From positions 128,001 to 192,000 of the forward strand of contig CAWEJX010000007.1 of NCBI GenBank assembly GCA_963809485.1: a stretch of DNA of 64,000 nt, written 5' to 3'. The notes below the pieces were generated by a model. The model worked only from the letters and a program-made list of their open reading frames with translations, had not been told where the DNA came from and made no database searches. Source of the stretch: an uncultured Acidobacteriota bacterium (lineage in GTDB: Bacteria > Acidobacteriota > UBA6911). Shown here in pieces: positions 10,585-20,505 of the stretch; the first letter of the stretch is position 1; each line of letters opens with the position of its first letter. The translations under genes were made by a program, and so were the position numbers.

Positions 10585-10977
10585 CTATTTTGTCGACGAA
10601 AAAGCGGCGGATCTATTTTCCTGTCCACGGACGCACCGCACGCGATAGGCGCTGCTTTTATAGTAGCTAAGGATATAGGCCCCATCAAACATGACGATCC
10701 AGGCGCTATAGGTGTTCGGAGCGAATGTTGTTGACGACCAGTAGCTCAGAGTATCCCTGAAGGGAACCTCTTCCCGCACAGTCGGGCGCATTCTCTCAAA
10801 TAGGGTTTTTCGATCGATCAGAGTTTCAAGCTCAGCCGCCGTCGGCAATCGCCAATCATTCCTGCCGTCCAGCGTCAACGACCGCGCGTACTCCCGGGCT
10901 TCGTACCAGGTCATTTCCCCCGGGGAATCGAGCTGCCACTCCAATCCGGTTTCCGGGTCCTTCCACGTCAGCATCAT
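10585..10977 (-). CDS. DUF1566-type protein
   Basis: DPETGLEWQ, MTWYEA, DWRLPTAAEL, YWSST and YRVRCVR motifs. Confidence 0.85.
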   Translation of the reverse strand: MMLTWKDPETGLEWQLDSPGEMTWYEAREYARSLTLDGRNDWRLPTAAELETLIDRKTLFERMRPTVREEVPFRDTLSYWSSTTFAPNTYSAWIVMFDGAYILSYYKSSAYRVRCVRGQENRSAAFSSTK

Positions 10978-11041
10978 GATCAATAGTCAAAGGAGCAGGA
11001 ACGAATGTCCGCGGGGAACACCGGGGGCTGTTCCTCTCCTG

Positions 11042-12958
11042 TTACGGGACGATTCTTTGCAGCCCCTGATCGATACCGCTCGGGAAGGTGGACTCATCTC
11101 CCCAATAAATGCAATGGGCCGGGCAAGCCCAGGTGCATGCCGGAGCTTCGTTTCTGCCGCGCTTCTCAACGCAAAGGTCGCACTTTACCGCTTTCAGGGT
11201 CAGGTGGTTGAACTGCATGACGCCGTATGGGCAGGCCTGCACGCAGGAAGTGCCGCAGGTAATGCATCGCTTCGCTTCCTGCAGAGCAGCCTCTTCCGTA
11301 AGCCCGAGCTGAACTTCATCGGAGCCCATCCGTTCCCGGGGCGGCAACCAGGGGACCTGAACGCGAGGCGCCGGATCATACTTTTCCTTCTGCGGTTGTG
11401 TGATAGGCGTCAGCTTTGCATCTCTCGCTTCTCTGCCCGTGTAAAGATCCAGACCTCTCAGATATCGATCGATGGAAACGGAGGCTTCTTTCCCGCAGCC
11501 GATGGCCTCCACGACGGTCTTGGGTCCATAACAGGCATCCCCGCCTGCGAAGACACCAGGAATCGCCGTTTCCAGCGTTATGGGATCGACTACAAACTGG
11601 CCCGCTTCGCTGGTTGCAATGCCTTGTTCCTTCGCAAAGGCTATGTCCGCCGCCTGGCCAATAGCGACAATGACCGTGTCGGCCTCCAGCAGGGTCAGAT
11701 CCGCCTCATTGTATTTGGGACTGAAGGCGCCCTTTTCATCAAATACTGAAACGCAACGTTTGAATTCAATCCCGAACAGCCGGCTGTCTTTTTGCAAAAA
11801 CCTATTCGGCCCAAGGCCGTTGACAATCTTAATTCCTTCCTCGATTGCCTCGTTGATCTCGCGTTCCCATGCAGGCATCTCAGCGCGCTGCTCCAGAGCT
11901 GCGAGCGTGACCTCGGCTGCGCCTCTGCGGATTGCCGTCATTGCGACGTCCATGGCTACATTGCCGCCGCCCACGACAATGACTTTGCGCCCGAGCGAAA
12001 CAGGAATTCCCAAAGACACATCGCGGAGAAAATCTATCCCGTTCACTACCCCGGGCATATCTTCGTTGGCCACATTCAATCGGATGTTCTGATGAAGGCC
12101 TGTCGCCAGAAAGAAAGCTTTGTACCCTTCCTTCTTAAGGCTCTCGAAGGTCACATCTTTGCCGAAGGTCACTCCGGTTCTGATTTCCACGCCCATCTTC
12201 TTGATCACACCGATGTCGTTGGCCAGCGTTTTTCTGGGAAGGCGATAGAGCGGGATTCCGACGGCCATCATGCCGCCGGCGACCGGGAGCTTTTCGAACA
12301 CCGTCGTCCTGTATCCGTTCTTGGCAAGGAAATAGGCTGCTGCGAGTCCGGCCGGACCGGAGCCGGCAATGGCTACCTTTGCCTCTCTCGTCTGGTTAAT
12401 TTTGGGCACATACGCGTCGCCGTTCGCGCGATCCTGATCGGCCAAAAACCTCTCGATGGAACGGATGGATACCGGGTCATCAATCTGTTTCCGATTGCAG
12501 TCTGTTTCGCACGGGAAGGTGCAGACTCTGCCGCAGATGGACGGGAACGGGCTGGTTTCCTTCAGCAGCCGCAGCGCTTCCTGGTATTTGCTCCTCGCCA
12601 CGAGCCCGATGAATCCCTGGATATCGTTTCCTGCCGGGCAATTGAATTTACATGGAGAGGTTTGCTGCTTCTCCGCTCCCGACTTGCCGGTCACGGCATT
12701 GCAGCCATTGCATTTTTCAGGATCTTGAAGCACGACGCCGGTTTCCGGATCTCTCCGGATGGCTTCTTCCGGACAAGACAGCGCACAAGGTGCATCTTCG
12801 CAATGGTGACAGTAATACTGCATGAACAACGGCGCCCTTTCCAAAACCTTTACCACCCTCGGGCCGACCGGAAGCCCGTGCTCCTGCTTGCATGCGACCT
12901 CGCAGGTGTGGCAACCGCAGCAATCCACCTGGCTGAATATCAATGATATTTTGCTCAT
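11042..12958 (-). CDS. DmsB-like Fe-S subunit with inserted GltD-like FAD/NAD(P)H oxidoreductase module
   Basis: N-terminal CCGCHTCEVAC and CHHCEDAPC; central PCKFNCP, CGRVC..PCE..CNR, GSGPAGL and GGGNVAMD; C-terminal CVQACPYG, KCDLC and PACTWACP. Start MSKISL overlaps the upstream stop as ATGA. Confidence 0.9.
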   Translation of the reverse strand: MSKISLIFSQVDCCGCHTCEVACKQEHGLPVGPRVVKVLERAPLFMQYYCHHCEDAPCALSCPEEAIRRDPETGVVLQDPEKCNGCNAVTGKSGAEKQQTSPCKFNCPAGNDIQGFIGLVARSKYQEALRLLKETSPFPSICGRVCTFPCETDCNRKQIDDPVSIRSIERFLADQDRANGDAYVPKINQTREAKVAIAGSGPAGLAAAYFLAKNGYRTTVFEKLPVAGGMMAVGIPLYRLPRKTLANDIGVIKKMGVEIRTGVTFGKDVTFESLKKEGYKAFFLATGLHQNIRLNVANEDMPGVVNGIDFLRDVSLGIPVSLGRKVIVVGGGNVAMDVAMTAIRRGAAEVTLAALEQRAEMPAWEREINEAIEEGIKIVNGLGPNRFLQKDSRLFGIEFKRCVSVFDEKGAFSPKYNEADLTLLEADTVIVAIGQAADIAFAKEQGIATSEAGQFVVDPITLETAIPGVFAGGDACYGPKTVVEAIGCGKEASVSIDRYLRGLDLYTGREARDAKLTPITQPQKEKYDPAPRVQVPWLPPRERMGSDEVQLGLTEEAALQEAKRCITCGTSCVQACPYGVMQFNHLTLKAVKCDLCVEKRGRNEAPACTWACPAHCIYWGDESTFPSGIDQGLQRIVP

Positions 12959-15076
12959 TTGGCTTCCTCCCATTCTTCGTCGCAGGGGGAAATGTTGCAC
13001 AAGCAGACCCTGAGGTTCGTGGAGCCCATATTGGGATCGCAGGTTTCGAAGGCGTTGTTTGTGATGATATTGGAGCTCGAGATATCCCAACCGTGTCCCG
13101 GATCTTTCATCTCCGGATACCACCATCCGTGCTCCGCGGCGATGACGTTCGGAAGAAGTCCTTCCGTAATTTTAGCCTTTTGTTTGATGCGTCCCCGCGG
13201 CGATTCGATCCAGACCCATTGACCGTCCTTGATTCCATGCTTTTTTGCGGTTTCAGGATGGATTTCGCAGATCGGCCATGGCCGTATTTCCCTCAACCAC
13301 GGGATCATGCGCATCTCGGTATGGAAGAATGTCGGCGTCCTGAGTCCCGAGTTGAAAATGTACGGATATCTCTTCGCCACTTCAGGCGTTGAAACCGGGC
13401 TTTCGGGAATCTCCTGATACTTGGGCACCGGATCGCGCCCCCACCTTTCCAATATGGTGGACGACAATTCCAGTTTTCCGGTAGGCGTTGAAAAACCTCT
13501 TTCCTTATATTTGCCGTAAACCATTTCGCCGTGCAGATAATCCTTCTCCTTGAATTGTTCCCAATTCAGGCCGGAAGGTTCCAGCAGGTAGGTCAGCGAA
13601 TCCTCGACGGTCGGGAACCACTGCTGCCCCATTCGCTTGCCGAGCTCGAGGAAGATTTTGTGATCCTGCCACGCTTCGCCGATATCCACGCACTTCACCC
13701 GGGCAAACACATAGCCGTGCCGCTTCCAGTTGTCGGCGACATAATTCTGTTCCAGCCAGGTTCCTGCCGGCAGGAAGATGTCCGCCAGTTCGGCTGTCGG
13801 AGTCAGGAAATGATCGATGACTACCAGAAATCCCAGCTGCTGCAAGGCGAGATAAGCCTGTTTCGCGTTGGCCCGGGATACGACCGGATTGGTCCCGCAG
13901 AGGAGCCCTGCTTTAAGCTGATACGGCGTCCCATAGACAATGGAGTCCCACGCTTTTTTCGGATTGATAAACTGCACTCGGGCGCCCAGGAAAAACTCCA
14001 TGCCGCCCAGCCGCTTCTGCTGCACTTCTCTCGACAGGCTTTTGTGGCAGGAAAACTCGGCGACCGTCCTGACCGGCGGATTCACAAAAAGGACATTTCC
14101 TCCGGGCGTATCCAGATTACCCGTAATTCCCATCAATCCGATCGCGGTGCGGGTGAAGTCCGTGCAGTTGTTGTTTTGTTCCGTGGGCACACCCCAATGG
14201 ATCGCCGCCGGTTTTGTGGTCGCATAGAGCCGCGCGGCGGCCCGGATCTTTTCCTTGTCCACCCACGTGATTTTCTCCACCTTATCCAGAGCGATAATCC
14301 TTCATGACCCGCTCTTTAAAGGCATCCCAACCGTGAACGTAGGTTTGCACGAAATCCTTGTCGTAGAGCTCCTCTTCGATAATTACATGGTGGAAACCGA
14401 GAGCCAGGGCGCAATCGGTGCCGGGACGAATCTGCAGCCAGATATCGGCCTTCCCTCCATAGAAAGATTTCCGGGGATCGATGCTGATCAGCTTAGCGCC
14501 GTTCTTATAGGCCCGGTAAAAGTTCTCTCCCTTGTATTCATCCGCGTTGGTCCACATGGGATTGCTTGCCCACATGACAATGAGCTTGGGCTCGCCGACG
14601 TAATAGTCGACAACCGGAAGGTTGCCGCAGGTAATGAGGCTTGTGGATACCCTGGAGACATAACACATATGCCCGGCCGTCAAAACGTTGGGCGTTCCCA
14701 ACAGATTCGCGAAGCGGTACATGTGGCTTTCATAATCCCTGCCGGTTCCCTGCCCGACCACGATATATTCCGGCCCGTATTTATCGACAACTTCCTGGAA
14801 CCTGGTTGCGACGGTATCCAGCGCCTCATCCCAGGTGATTCGCTCCCACTGCCCGCTCGGCTTCGGCCCCACGCGTTTCATCGGATAAAGGATCCTGTCC
14901 GGATGATAGGCCAGCTGTGTGACGGACAGCCCTTTGGTACACATGGTGCCGTGGCTGATGGGATCGTCGGGATTCCCTTCAACCTTGATCACCTTGCCGT
15001 CTTTTACGTAGGCAAAACAGCCGCAAGCGCCGTGGCAACAGCGGCAATGCGTTCGGATCTTTTTTATCTCTTCCAT
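12955..15076 (-). pseudogene. Molybdo/tungsto-bis-PGD oxidoreductase, acetylene-hydratase-like clade, with one +1 frameshift (or sequencing error) near 14291
   Basis: CRCCHGAC...CTKG, HPDRILYPMKR, WERITWDEAL, GHMC, DHFLTPTAELADIFLP and the C-terminal molydopterin-binding domain. Removing one base from TATCGCTCTG joins ORFs 14282-15076 and 12955-14280 as KDYPLDKVEKI. Confidence 0.88.
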
Positions 15077-15147
15077 TGGATGTCCTCCTCGGCTTCCTCA
15101 TCTTAGTGAGGTTGGCCCTGGAGAGCCGTCCTCACTAATAATTCCTT

Positions 15148-16083
15148 TCAGACTTTCGGTCTCGGCAACAGCCCGGCCCTCTCAGCGATTTCCGGGATCT
15201 TTTGCTCCCATTCGATGGCCATGAGGTGAACTCCTGCAACACCTCGAATTTCTTTCAAAAGGGAGATCTGTTCGCAGGCGATCTGAATTCCTTCACCCGC
15301 TTCCCTATCCTTCGGGACACCTCGGAGACGAGACACAATTTCATCCGGAATTTCCATCCCGGGCACATCCTTCTGCATGTATTCAGCCATCCGGACGCTT
15401 TTCAGCGGCGTGATGCCGGCGATAAGGTAAACCTCCCCCAGCAGCCCCATGTCCGAAGCGCGCAGGATGAACTCACCGAATCTCGTCATGTTGTAGATGC
15501 ACTGAGTCTGTATAAAATCGGCCCCCGCCCGAATCTTCTTGGCCAGCCGACGGACGCTGAATTCGAATGGGTCCGCGAAGGGATTTATGGCCGCGCCGAT
15601 GAACATCCGCGGCGGACCGTCGATGGGTTCTCCGCCGGCAAATTTACCCTCGTCGCGCATCGTTTTGACCATCCGGATGAGCTGTATGGAATCAATGTCG
15701 AAAACTCCCATGGCATCCGGATGATCCCCGAAATCCTGATGATCCCCGGAAAGGCACACCATGTTCCGAATGCCATTGGCATAGGCCGCCAGGATATCGC
15801 TCTGCATGGCCAGCCGGTTTCGATCGCGGCAGACCATCTGATAATTCGGCTCCAGACCTTCCTGTAGCGCGATGATTGAAGCGCCCCAGCTCGACATGCG
15901 AACCATGGCGGTGGGATTATCGGTAATGTTGACGGCGTCTACGCAATTCCGAAGGTATCTTGCTTTCTCGCGGATCTTGATCGCATTGGCCCCGCGCGGC
16001 GGACCCAGCTCGCCGGTGAATGCGAATTCGCCCGACCTGAGCACTCGTTCCAGGTTGCTGCCTGATTTCATCGTCGCATTCAT
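15148..16083 (-). CDS. metF: Methylenetetrahydrofolate reductase, MetV-associated type
   Basis: TGELGPPRG, DAVNITDN, CRDRNRLAMQSD, LSGDH, KKIRAGADFIQTQ and GVHLMA motifs. Confidence 0.9.
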   Translation of the reverse strand: MNATMKSGSNLERVLRSGEFAFTGELGPPRGANAIKIREKARYLRNCVDAVNITDNPTAMVRMSSWGASIIALQEGLEPNYQMVCRDRNRLAMQSDILAAYANGIRNMVCLSGDHQDFGDHPDAMGVFDIDSIQLIRMVKTMRDEGKFAGGEPIDGPPRMFIGAAINPFADPFEFSVRRLAKKIRAGADFIQTQCIYNMTRFGEFILRASDMGLLGEVYLIAGITPLKSVRMAEYMQKDVPGMEIPDEIVSRLRGVPKDREAGEGIQIACEQISLLKEIRGVAGVHLMAIEWEQKIPEIAERAGLLPRPKV

Positions 16084-16115
16084 GGACGCAATTCGTGTGG
16101 ATTCGTGGCTGCCTT

Positions 16116-16403
16116 TCAGCCGCCGGCGGCCAGCATCATGATGGTTATGCGATCACCGTCCTGCAGGGGCCTCTGCATCTGGTCGGACCGAATCCACTCC
16201 TCTTTGTTGCGCAGGACCTTGAAGATCATGTCCAGGCTGCCGGTTTCGTCGAGAAGGAATTTTTTGACATCCTTTCCGTATTTGTCCGTTATCTGGCGGA
16301 TCAAGCCTTCAACGGTCTGGCCCGAGTAATCCATTGTGATCGTCTTGCTGCCGACCATTTTTACCACATTGGGCAGGCTGAGGAATTCGATCGTAATCGC
16401 CAT
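16116..16403 (-). CDS. MoaD/ThiS-family sulfur carrier
   Basis: About 95 aa starting MAITIEFL and ending LQDGDRITIMMLAAGG (C-terminal GG). Confidence 0.85.
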   Translation of the reverse strand: MAITIEFLSLPNVVKMVGSKTITMDYSGQTVEGLIRQITDKYGKDVKKFLLDETGSLDMIFKVLRNKEEWIRSDQMQRPLQDGDRITIMMLAAGG

Positions 16404-16909
16404 CACTGAACCTCGAGAAGCGAGGAAGCCTTCCGATCCGCGGCCTGGAGCCTCCGGGCCGCCTCCCTCCCTTTTTGCAGGCCCAGGTCCCTGGGCTCGA
16501 CAAAACTGACTGCGGCGACATCGCAGAAGCGAACGCACTGCGGCTCGCCGTCACAAAGATCGCACTTGATCACCTTTCGGTCGGTAGAGACGAAGTGCAT
16601 CGCCCCAAATGGGCATACGGACACGCAGGTGCGGCAACCGATACATTTTTCATAATCCACATCCACCCGCGCCATGTCCGCGTTGCGCGAGAGCGCTTTG
16701 GCCGGACAACCGATTACGCAGGGAGCATCCTCGCATTGCTGGCAGGATACGGGCACATAGATCCCCTCGGATTCCCATTTGATGATGCGTATCCGGCTGC
16801 GCATGGGATTGGACACGTGATCATGTTTTACGGAGCAGACAAGCTCGCACAGCCTGCATCCCGTGCACTTTTCATAATCCACTTTCAGGACTTTGCTGTT
16901 CTTTGGCAT
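16403..16909 (-). CDS. 4x[4Fe-4S] electron-transfer subunit of the AOR
   Basis: CTGCRLCELVC, CQQCEDAPC, CIGCRTCVSVCP and KCDLC motifs; directly downstream of the AOR gene. Confidence 0.9.
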   Translation of the reverse strand: MPKNSKVLKVDYEKCTGCRLCELVCSVKHDHVSNPMRSRIRIIKWESEGIYVPVSCQQCEDAPCVIGCPAKALSRNADMARVDVDYEKCIGCRTCVSVCPFGAMHFVSTDRKVIKCDLCDGEPQCVRFCDVAAVSFVEPRDLGLQKGREAARRLQAADRKASSLLEVQ

Positions 16910-16937
16910 GGACAATTTTCCTCACGGTTGCCGCCGG

Positions 16938-18878
16938 CTACAGCTGGCGGGAAGGCTCGCCCTCCAGTCCAAGCCTTTTCAATGTTTCCGGTTTGGGAAT
17001 GCCGTCTTGATCGAGCCCTTTGTGCGCGTAAAACTCGTCCAGCATTTGGACAAACTTATCTTTGTCGATCTTTATTCCCACCACGCCGGGAGCTCCCCGC
17101 AGGCAGGGCTCATCAAAATAGCGATGGCTGAGCGTGTCTCCCTTTCTCGGGTCGTTGCGCGTCAAGCCTTCGCGCAGGTTGAAAAGCCTTTCAATCATGT
17201 TGCATCGCTCGGCTACCTCCCAAATCTGAACCGGCGATAATTCCAGCCCTGTGTTATAAAAAACCACCTTGGCCCAGTCCTCGAAGTTGGGATGCGTCGC
17301 TCCCAGAAACACCGTGTGATATTTGCATATGCCGAGGCAATCGACCGCCATGTAGCAGTTTTCCTGCCAGAAGACCTGCCAGGATTTGCCCTCGTAGGCT
17401 GTGTGCTCCGAGCTCAGCGGTCCATCATAAGGAACCGGGCTCGAATAGATCTTCCTCAGCACAGGCTCCGGCAGGTGATAGAGATCGATGGCCGGCCGGC
17501 TTCTCAGGTGATCGGACCCGCGCGATGCTGTGGCGATATTCAACGCCAGGGCCGGAGTCGCGCGCTCGTCGGAGTGCAGGTTGTTCATCCCCTTGACCTG
17601 GACCAGGTAGTCGAAGGAATTCTTGCCGATTTTTTCGGAAGCCGGGATCCCGCCGTCGGCCAGAGTATCTCCGAGCCAACCCTTCCGGAAACAAATGCGG
17701 TGGATCATCTCGATGAGCGCTTCATCATTGCCGAAGCGCAGATCGAGTCCGCCAGTTTGCTCCTTCGTCAGGATGCCGAGCTCGAACAGCTCCATGGCCC
17801 ACGAGATCATGCTCCCCGTCTCCAGGTTGTCCAGGCCATATTGATTGACAAGATAATTGCCTGTCATGACGGTCTCGGCATTCCGGCAATCCGGCTCCGC
17901 GCCGAATGCGCCCAGAGACGTGTACTCAGGGCCTTCATCGTATTTCCCGGCGTAAGGGCCTGAGGGCAGCTTGTAGCGGGCGCGGCAGTGGACCTGGCAC
18001 GCATAGCAGCTGGCCATGTGGTAGGGGCCCATGGTTGCCGTCGCGATCTCATCCAGGTGCTCCGGCTCGATATCATCGGCATATTCGCACTGGTTATATT
18101 GGAAATTGCGCGAGCGCACACCGCCCCAGGAGTTGGTCGCGCCCCAAATGAAGGGCGTTCCCAAAGTCCCTTGCGTCTGGTTGACTTTGGAGCTCGTGAT
18201 CTGATCGATAAACCTCTTGTTATATTCGAGGGCTTCGACAGGACGGGCGATCTTAATATCCATGGAGCCGCGGGCGGCAACCGCCTTGAGATTCTTGGAA
18301 CCCATAATGCAGCCCATGCCGGTCCTGCCGCCGGAATTTTTGATGCCGGTCCTGACGTTCGCAAACCGCACCAGGTTTTCTCCGGCAGGGCCGATCACAA
18401 GGCTTTTTACTTCAGGATCCGCAAGCTCTTCTTGAATAGCCCATTGGGTTTCGGTTGCGCTTTTGCCCCAGATATTCTTCGCGTCCCGGATCTCGATCTC
18501 GCCATCATGGATAAAAAGGTAAACAGGCTTAGCTGCTTTGCCCCTGATGACCAGGTGGTGGAATCCGGCCCATGCAAGCTCGGGAGCAAAAAAGCCCCCC
18601 ATGTTCGTGGAACCCAGGAAGCCTGTCAGCGCCGATTTGGCCATGACATGCGTACGTGTCGTGGCGGAAGCGCATGTGGCCGTGAGAAGCCCGCCGGAAA
18701 TCAGCAGGACATTATCCGGTCCCAGCGGGTCGACTCCTTGGGTGGTGTGGTTGTAGAGCAGATAGGCATCCAATCCTCGTCCGCCGAGAAATCTCCTGCG
18801 AATTTCCAAAGGGATCGGCTTGACCTGAATATCGCCGGTTGTCAGATCGATATAGGCGATCTTTCGATTGAGTGCCAT
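16938..18878 (-). CDS. Aldehyde:ferredoxin oxidoreductase family (W-pterin) enzyme
   Basis: FLGGRG, GRTGMGCIMGSKNLKAV, CYACQVHC, EGPEY, RGSDH, DCLGIC and GIPKPETLKRLGL motifs. Confidence 0.93.
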   Translation of the reverse strand: MALNRKIAYIDLTTGDIQVKPIPLEIRRRFLGGRGLDAYLLYNHTTQGVDPLGPDNVLLISGGLLTATCASATTRTHVMAKSALTGFLGSTNMGGFFAPELAWAGFHHLVIRGKAAKPVYLFIHDGEIEIRDAKNIWGKSATETQWAIQEELADPEVKSLVIGPAGENLVRFANVRTGIKNSGGRTGMGCIMGSKNLKAVAARGSMDIKIARPVEALEYNKRFIDQITSSKVNQTQGTLGTPFIWGATNSWGGVRSRNFQYNQCEYADDIEPEHLDEIATATMGPYHMASCYACQVHCRARYKLPSGPYAGKYDEGPEYTSLGAFGAEPDCRNAETVMTGNYLVNQYGLDNLETGSMISWAMELFELGILTKEQTGGLDLRFGNDEALIEMIHRICFRKGWLGDTLADGGIPASEKIGKNSFDYLVQVKGMNNLHSDERATPALALNIATASRGSDHLRSRPAIDLYHLPEPVLRKIYSSPVPYDGPLSSEHTAYEGKSWQVFWQENCYMAVDCLGICKYHTVFLGATHPNFEDWAKVVFYNTGLELSPVQIWEVAERCNMIERLFNLREGLTRNDPRKGDTLSHRYFDEPCLRGAPGVVGIKIDKDKFVQMLDEFYAHKGLDQDGIPKPETLKRLGLEGEPSRQL

Positions 18879-18879
18879 G

Positions 18880-19137
18880 CTACTTTTCCTCCTCCCGCTT
18901 CTTCAGGGCTTCCTCGGCAAGCTTTCGATTGGCGTCCCATACGGGTCCTCGGATCCTTGGAAAGTCCGGACGAATCCAATGAACGCGAAACTCCATGCCG
19001 CACGCGGGGCACTTCACCTGTGCCTGTCCGGCCTCCGGCTGCAGGCGTCCCATGCAACTTGGGTTGTGGCATCGGAATTGTCCGTAGGTCCTTGTTTTTC
19101 TCAAAGCCTCGGCGGTCGAAACATCCTCATCAGCCAT
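18880..19137 (-). CDS. Small Zn-ribbon-like protein, first gene of the AOR operon
   Basis: CHNPSC...CPACG; GGAGAGGGAG RBS; stop lies immediately before the AOR start. Confidence 0.7.
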   Translation of the reverse strand: MADEDVSTAEALRKTRTYGQFRCHNPSCMGRLQPEAGQAQVKCPACGMEFRVHWIRPDFPRIRGPVWDANRKLAEEALKKREEEK

Positions 19138-19260
19138 GGCTCCCTCTCCGGCAGTTCATTATGAAGAACAAAATTGAAATCACAATAACATGGCCGATCC
19201 CGGCCATGTCAATAATAAAATAATTTATGGAAATAACTTAATAAATGCAATAATTTGTTG

Positions 19261-19319
19261 TTGACACAAATCCATATCCTGATTCATATTCTCATTCCAG
19301 ATCGTTCTCTATAGAAAAC
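19261..19319 (+). promoter_or_regulatory. Sigma70-type promoter and IclR-like palindromic operator
   Basis: TTGACA at 19261 and CATATT at 19285; near-perfect palindrome GTTCTCTA|TAGAAAAC at 19304-19319; AT-rich divergent intergenic region. Confidence 0.55.
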
Positions 19320-19339
19320 AATTGCCGGAGCAAGTCCGC

Positions 19340-20113
19340 ATGTACCAGGCGCCGATTGTTACCAAAGCTTTCCGTATCCTTGAGCTTGTCGCCAGGAAGG
19401 ACAAGCTGATGACAATCAGCGATCTCTCCCGGGAATTGGGTATCAATAAAAGCACTGTACACGGGATTGCCCACGCTCTTGAAAAAGCAGGCGCCATCGT
19501 CCGGGACAAAAAGACAAAGCGCTATATGCTCGGCATGGCGCTTTTTGAATTGGCCCGGGCAGGCTACGTTCGAATCGATCTTAAAGATATTGCCAGGCCG
19601 GTCATGGAAGATTTGATGCGATCGACGCAGCAGTCGGTGTTCCTGGGCATCCGCTCCGGCGATCACGTTTCCATCATAGATATCGTCGAGTCGGCGCAGG
19701 ATTTAAAGATCACCTCTCCTGTAGGGACACGGGTGCCTTTGTTGGCGGGAGCCATCGGGAAAGCATTCCTCGCATTAATGGAAGAAGGCCAGGCCGCCTC
19801 ATTGATACGCACTCTGGGCCTGCGCAGGTATACGGAAAATACGATTACGGACCCGAACCTCTATATGAAGAAAGTCGGCGAGGCGCGCGCAGCGGGATAC
19901 GGGCTGGACGATGAAGAATATATTCAGGGGGTCCGGGCCGTTGCTGCGGTCATTCAAAATTCCGGGCCGCGGCCGTCGGCCGTCTGGGTGGTCGGATTCA
20001 GTCCGAGCATGAGTGCGGAAAAGCTGCCGGTGATTGCGCTGGAAACGAAACGCACGGCAGAGGCAATTTCTCAGAAGATCGATCTCCGCTCGTACAACGG
20101 ACAGGAACGATGA
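19340..20113 (+). CDS. IclR-family transcriptional regulator
   Basis: KAFRILE..ISDLSRELGINKSTVHGI HTH; AGAIGKAFL and GYGLDDEEYIQGVRAVA motifs. Confidence 0.92.
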   Translation: MYQAPIVTKAFRILELVARKDKLMTISDLSRELGINKSTVHGIAHALEKAGAIVRDKKTKRYMLGMALFELARAGYVRIDLKDIARPVMEDLMRSTQQSVFLGIRSGDHVSIIDIVESAQDLKITSPVGTRVPLLAGAIGKAFLALMEEGQAASLIRTLGLRRYTENTITDPNLYMKKVGEARAAGYGLDDEEYIQGVRAVAAVIQNSGPRPSAVWVVGFSPSMSAEKLPVIALETKRTAEAISQKIDLRSYNGQER

Positions 20114-20505
20114 TCTATTTCCAGGTAAACAGCAAGTGCAACGGGTGTCTTGCCTGTGTCCGGAACTGTCCGGCCCGGGCGCTTGATGCCAAAGAAGCAG
20201 GAGGCACGCAGACGCTGTTCCATAACATGGCGCTCTGCGCGCGATGCGCCACCTGTTGGAGAATATGCCCCGAGCATGCGATCGAGTTCCAGCACCTGCT
20301 CCAAAACCAATGGGACGAAGTCGTCACACATTACCTTGTGCGATGCAAAGAATGCGGTGAAGTCGTCTACGCGGAGCGCTTGAAGGACAGCCTCGAGCCG
20401 AAAGTCCGCGAACTGGTCGAACCGCTGTGTACCCGCCACAAGCTGGAGCGGCAGGCAAAGGCACTGGCAGGGAGGCAGCGACGGGTCAGCGGGACAGCAT
20501 CATGA
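20110..20505 (+). CDS. 4Fe-4S dicluster protein with an additional Cys-rich tail
   Basis: CNGCLACVRNCP, CARCATCWRICP and CKECG..LCTRH. Confidence 0.85.
   Translation: MIYFQVNSKCNGCLACVRNCPARALDAKEAGGTQTLFHNMALCARCATCWRICPEHAIEFQHLLQNQWDEVVTHYLVRCKECGEVVYAERLKDSLEPKVRELVEPLCTRHKLERQAKALAGRQRRVSGTAS

Noticed and set aside
12955-15076. True acetylene hydratase, or programmed frameshifting
   Set aside because: The catalytic Asp is replaced by His, and there is no slippery sequence at the frame change.
16938-18878. Class II benzoyl-CoA reductase BamB
   Set aside because: It keeps classical AOR motifs (EGPEY, RGSDH), and no BamC-I/Hdr partner genes are visible.
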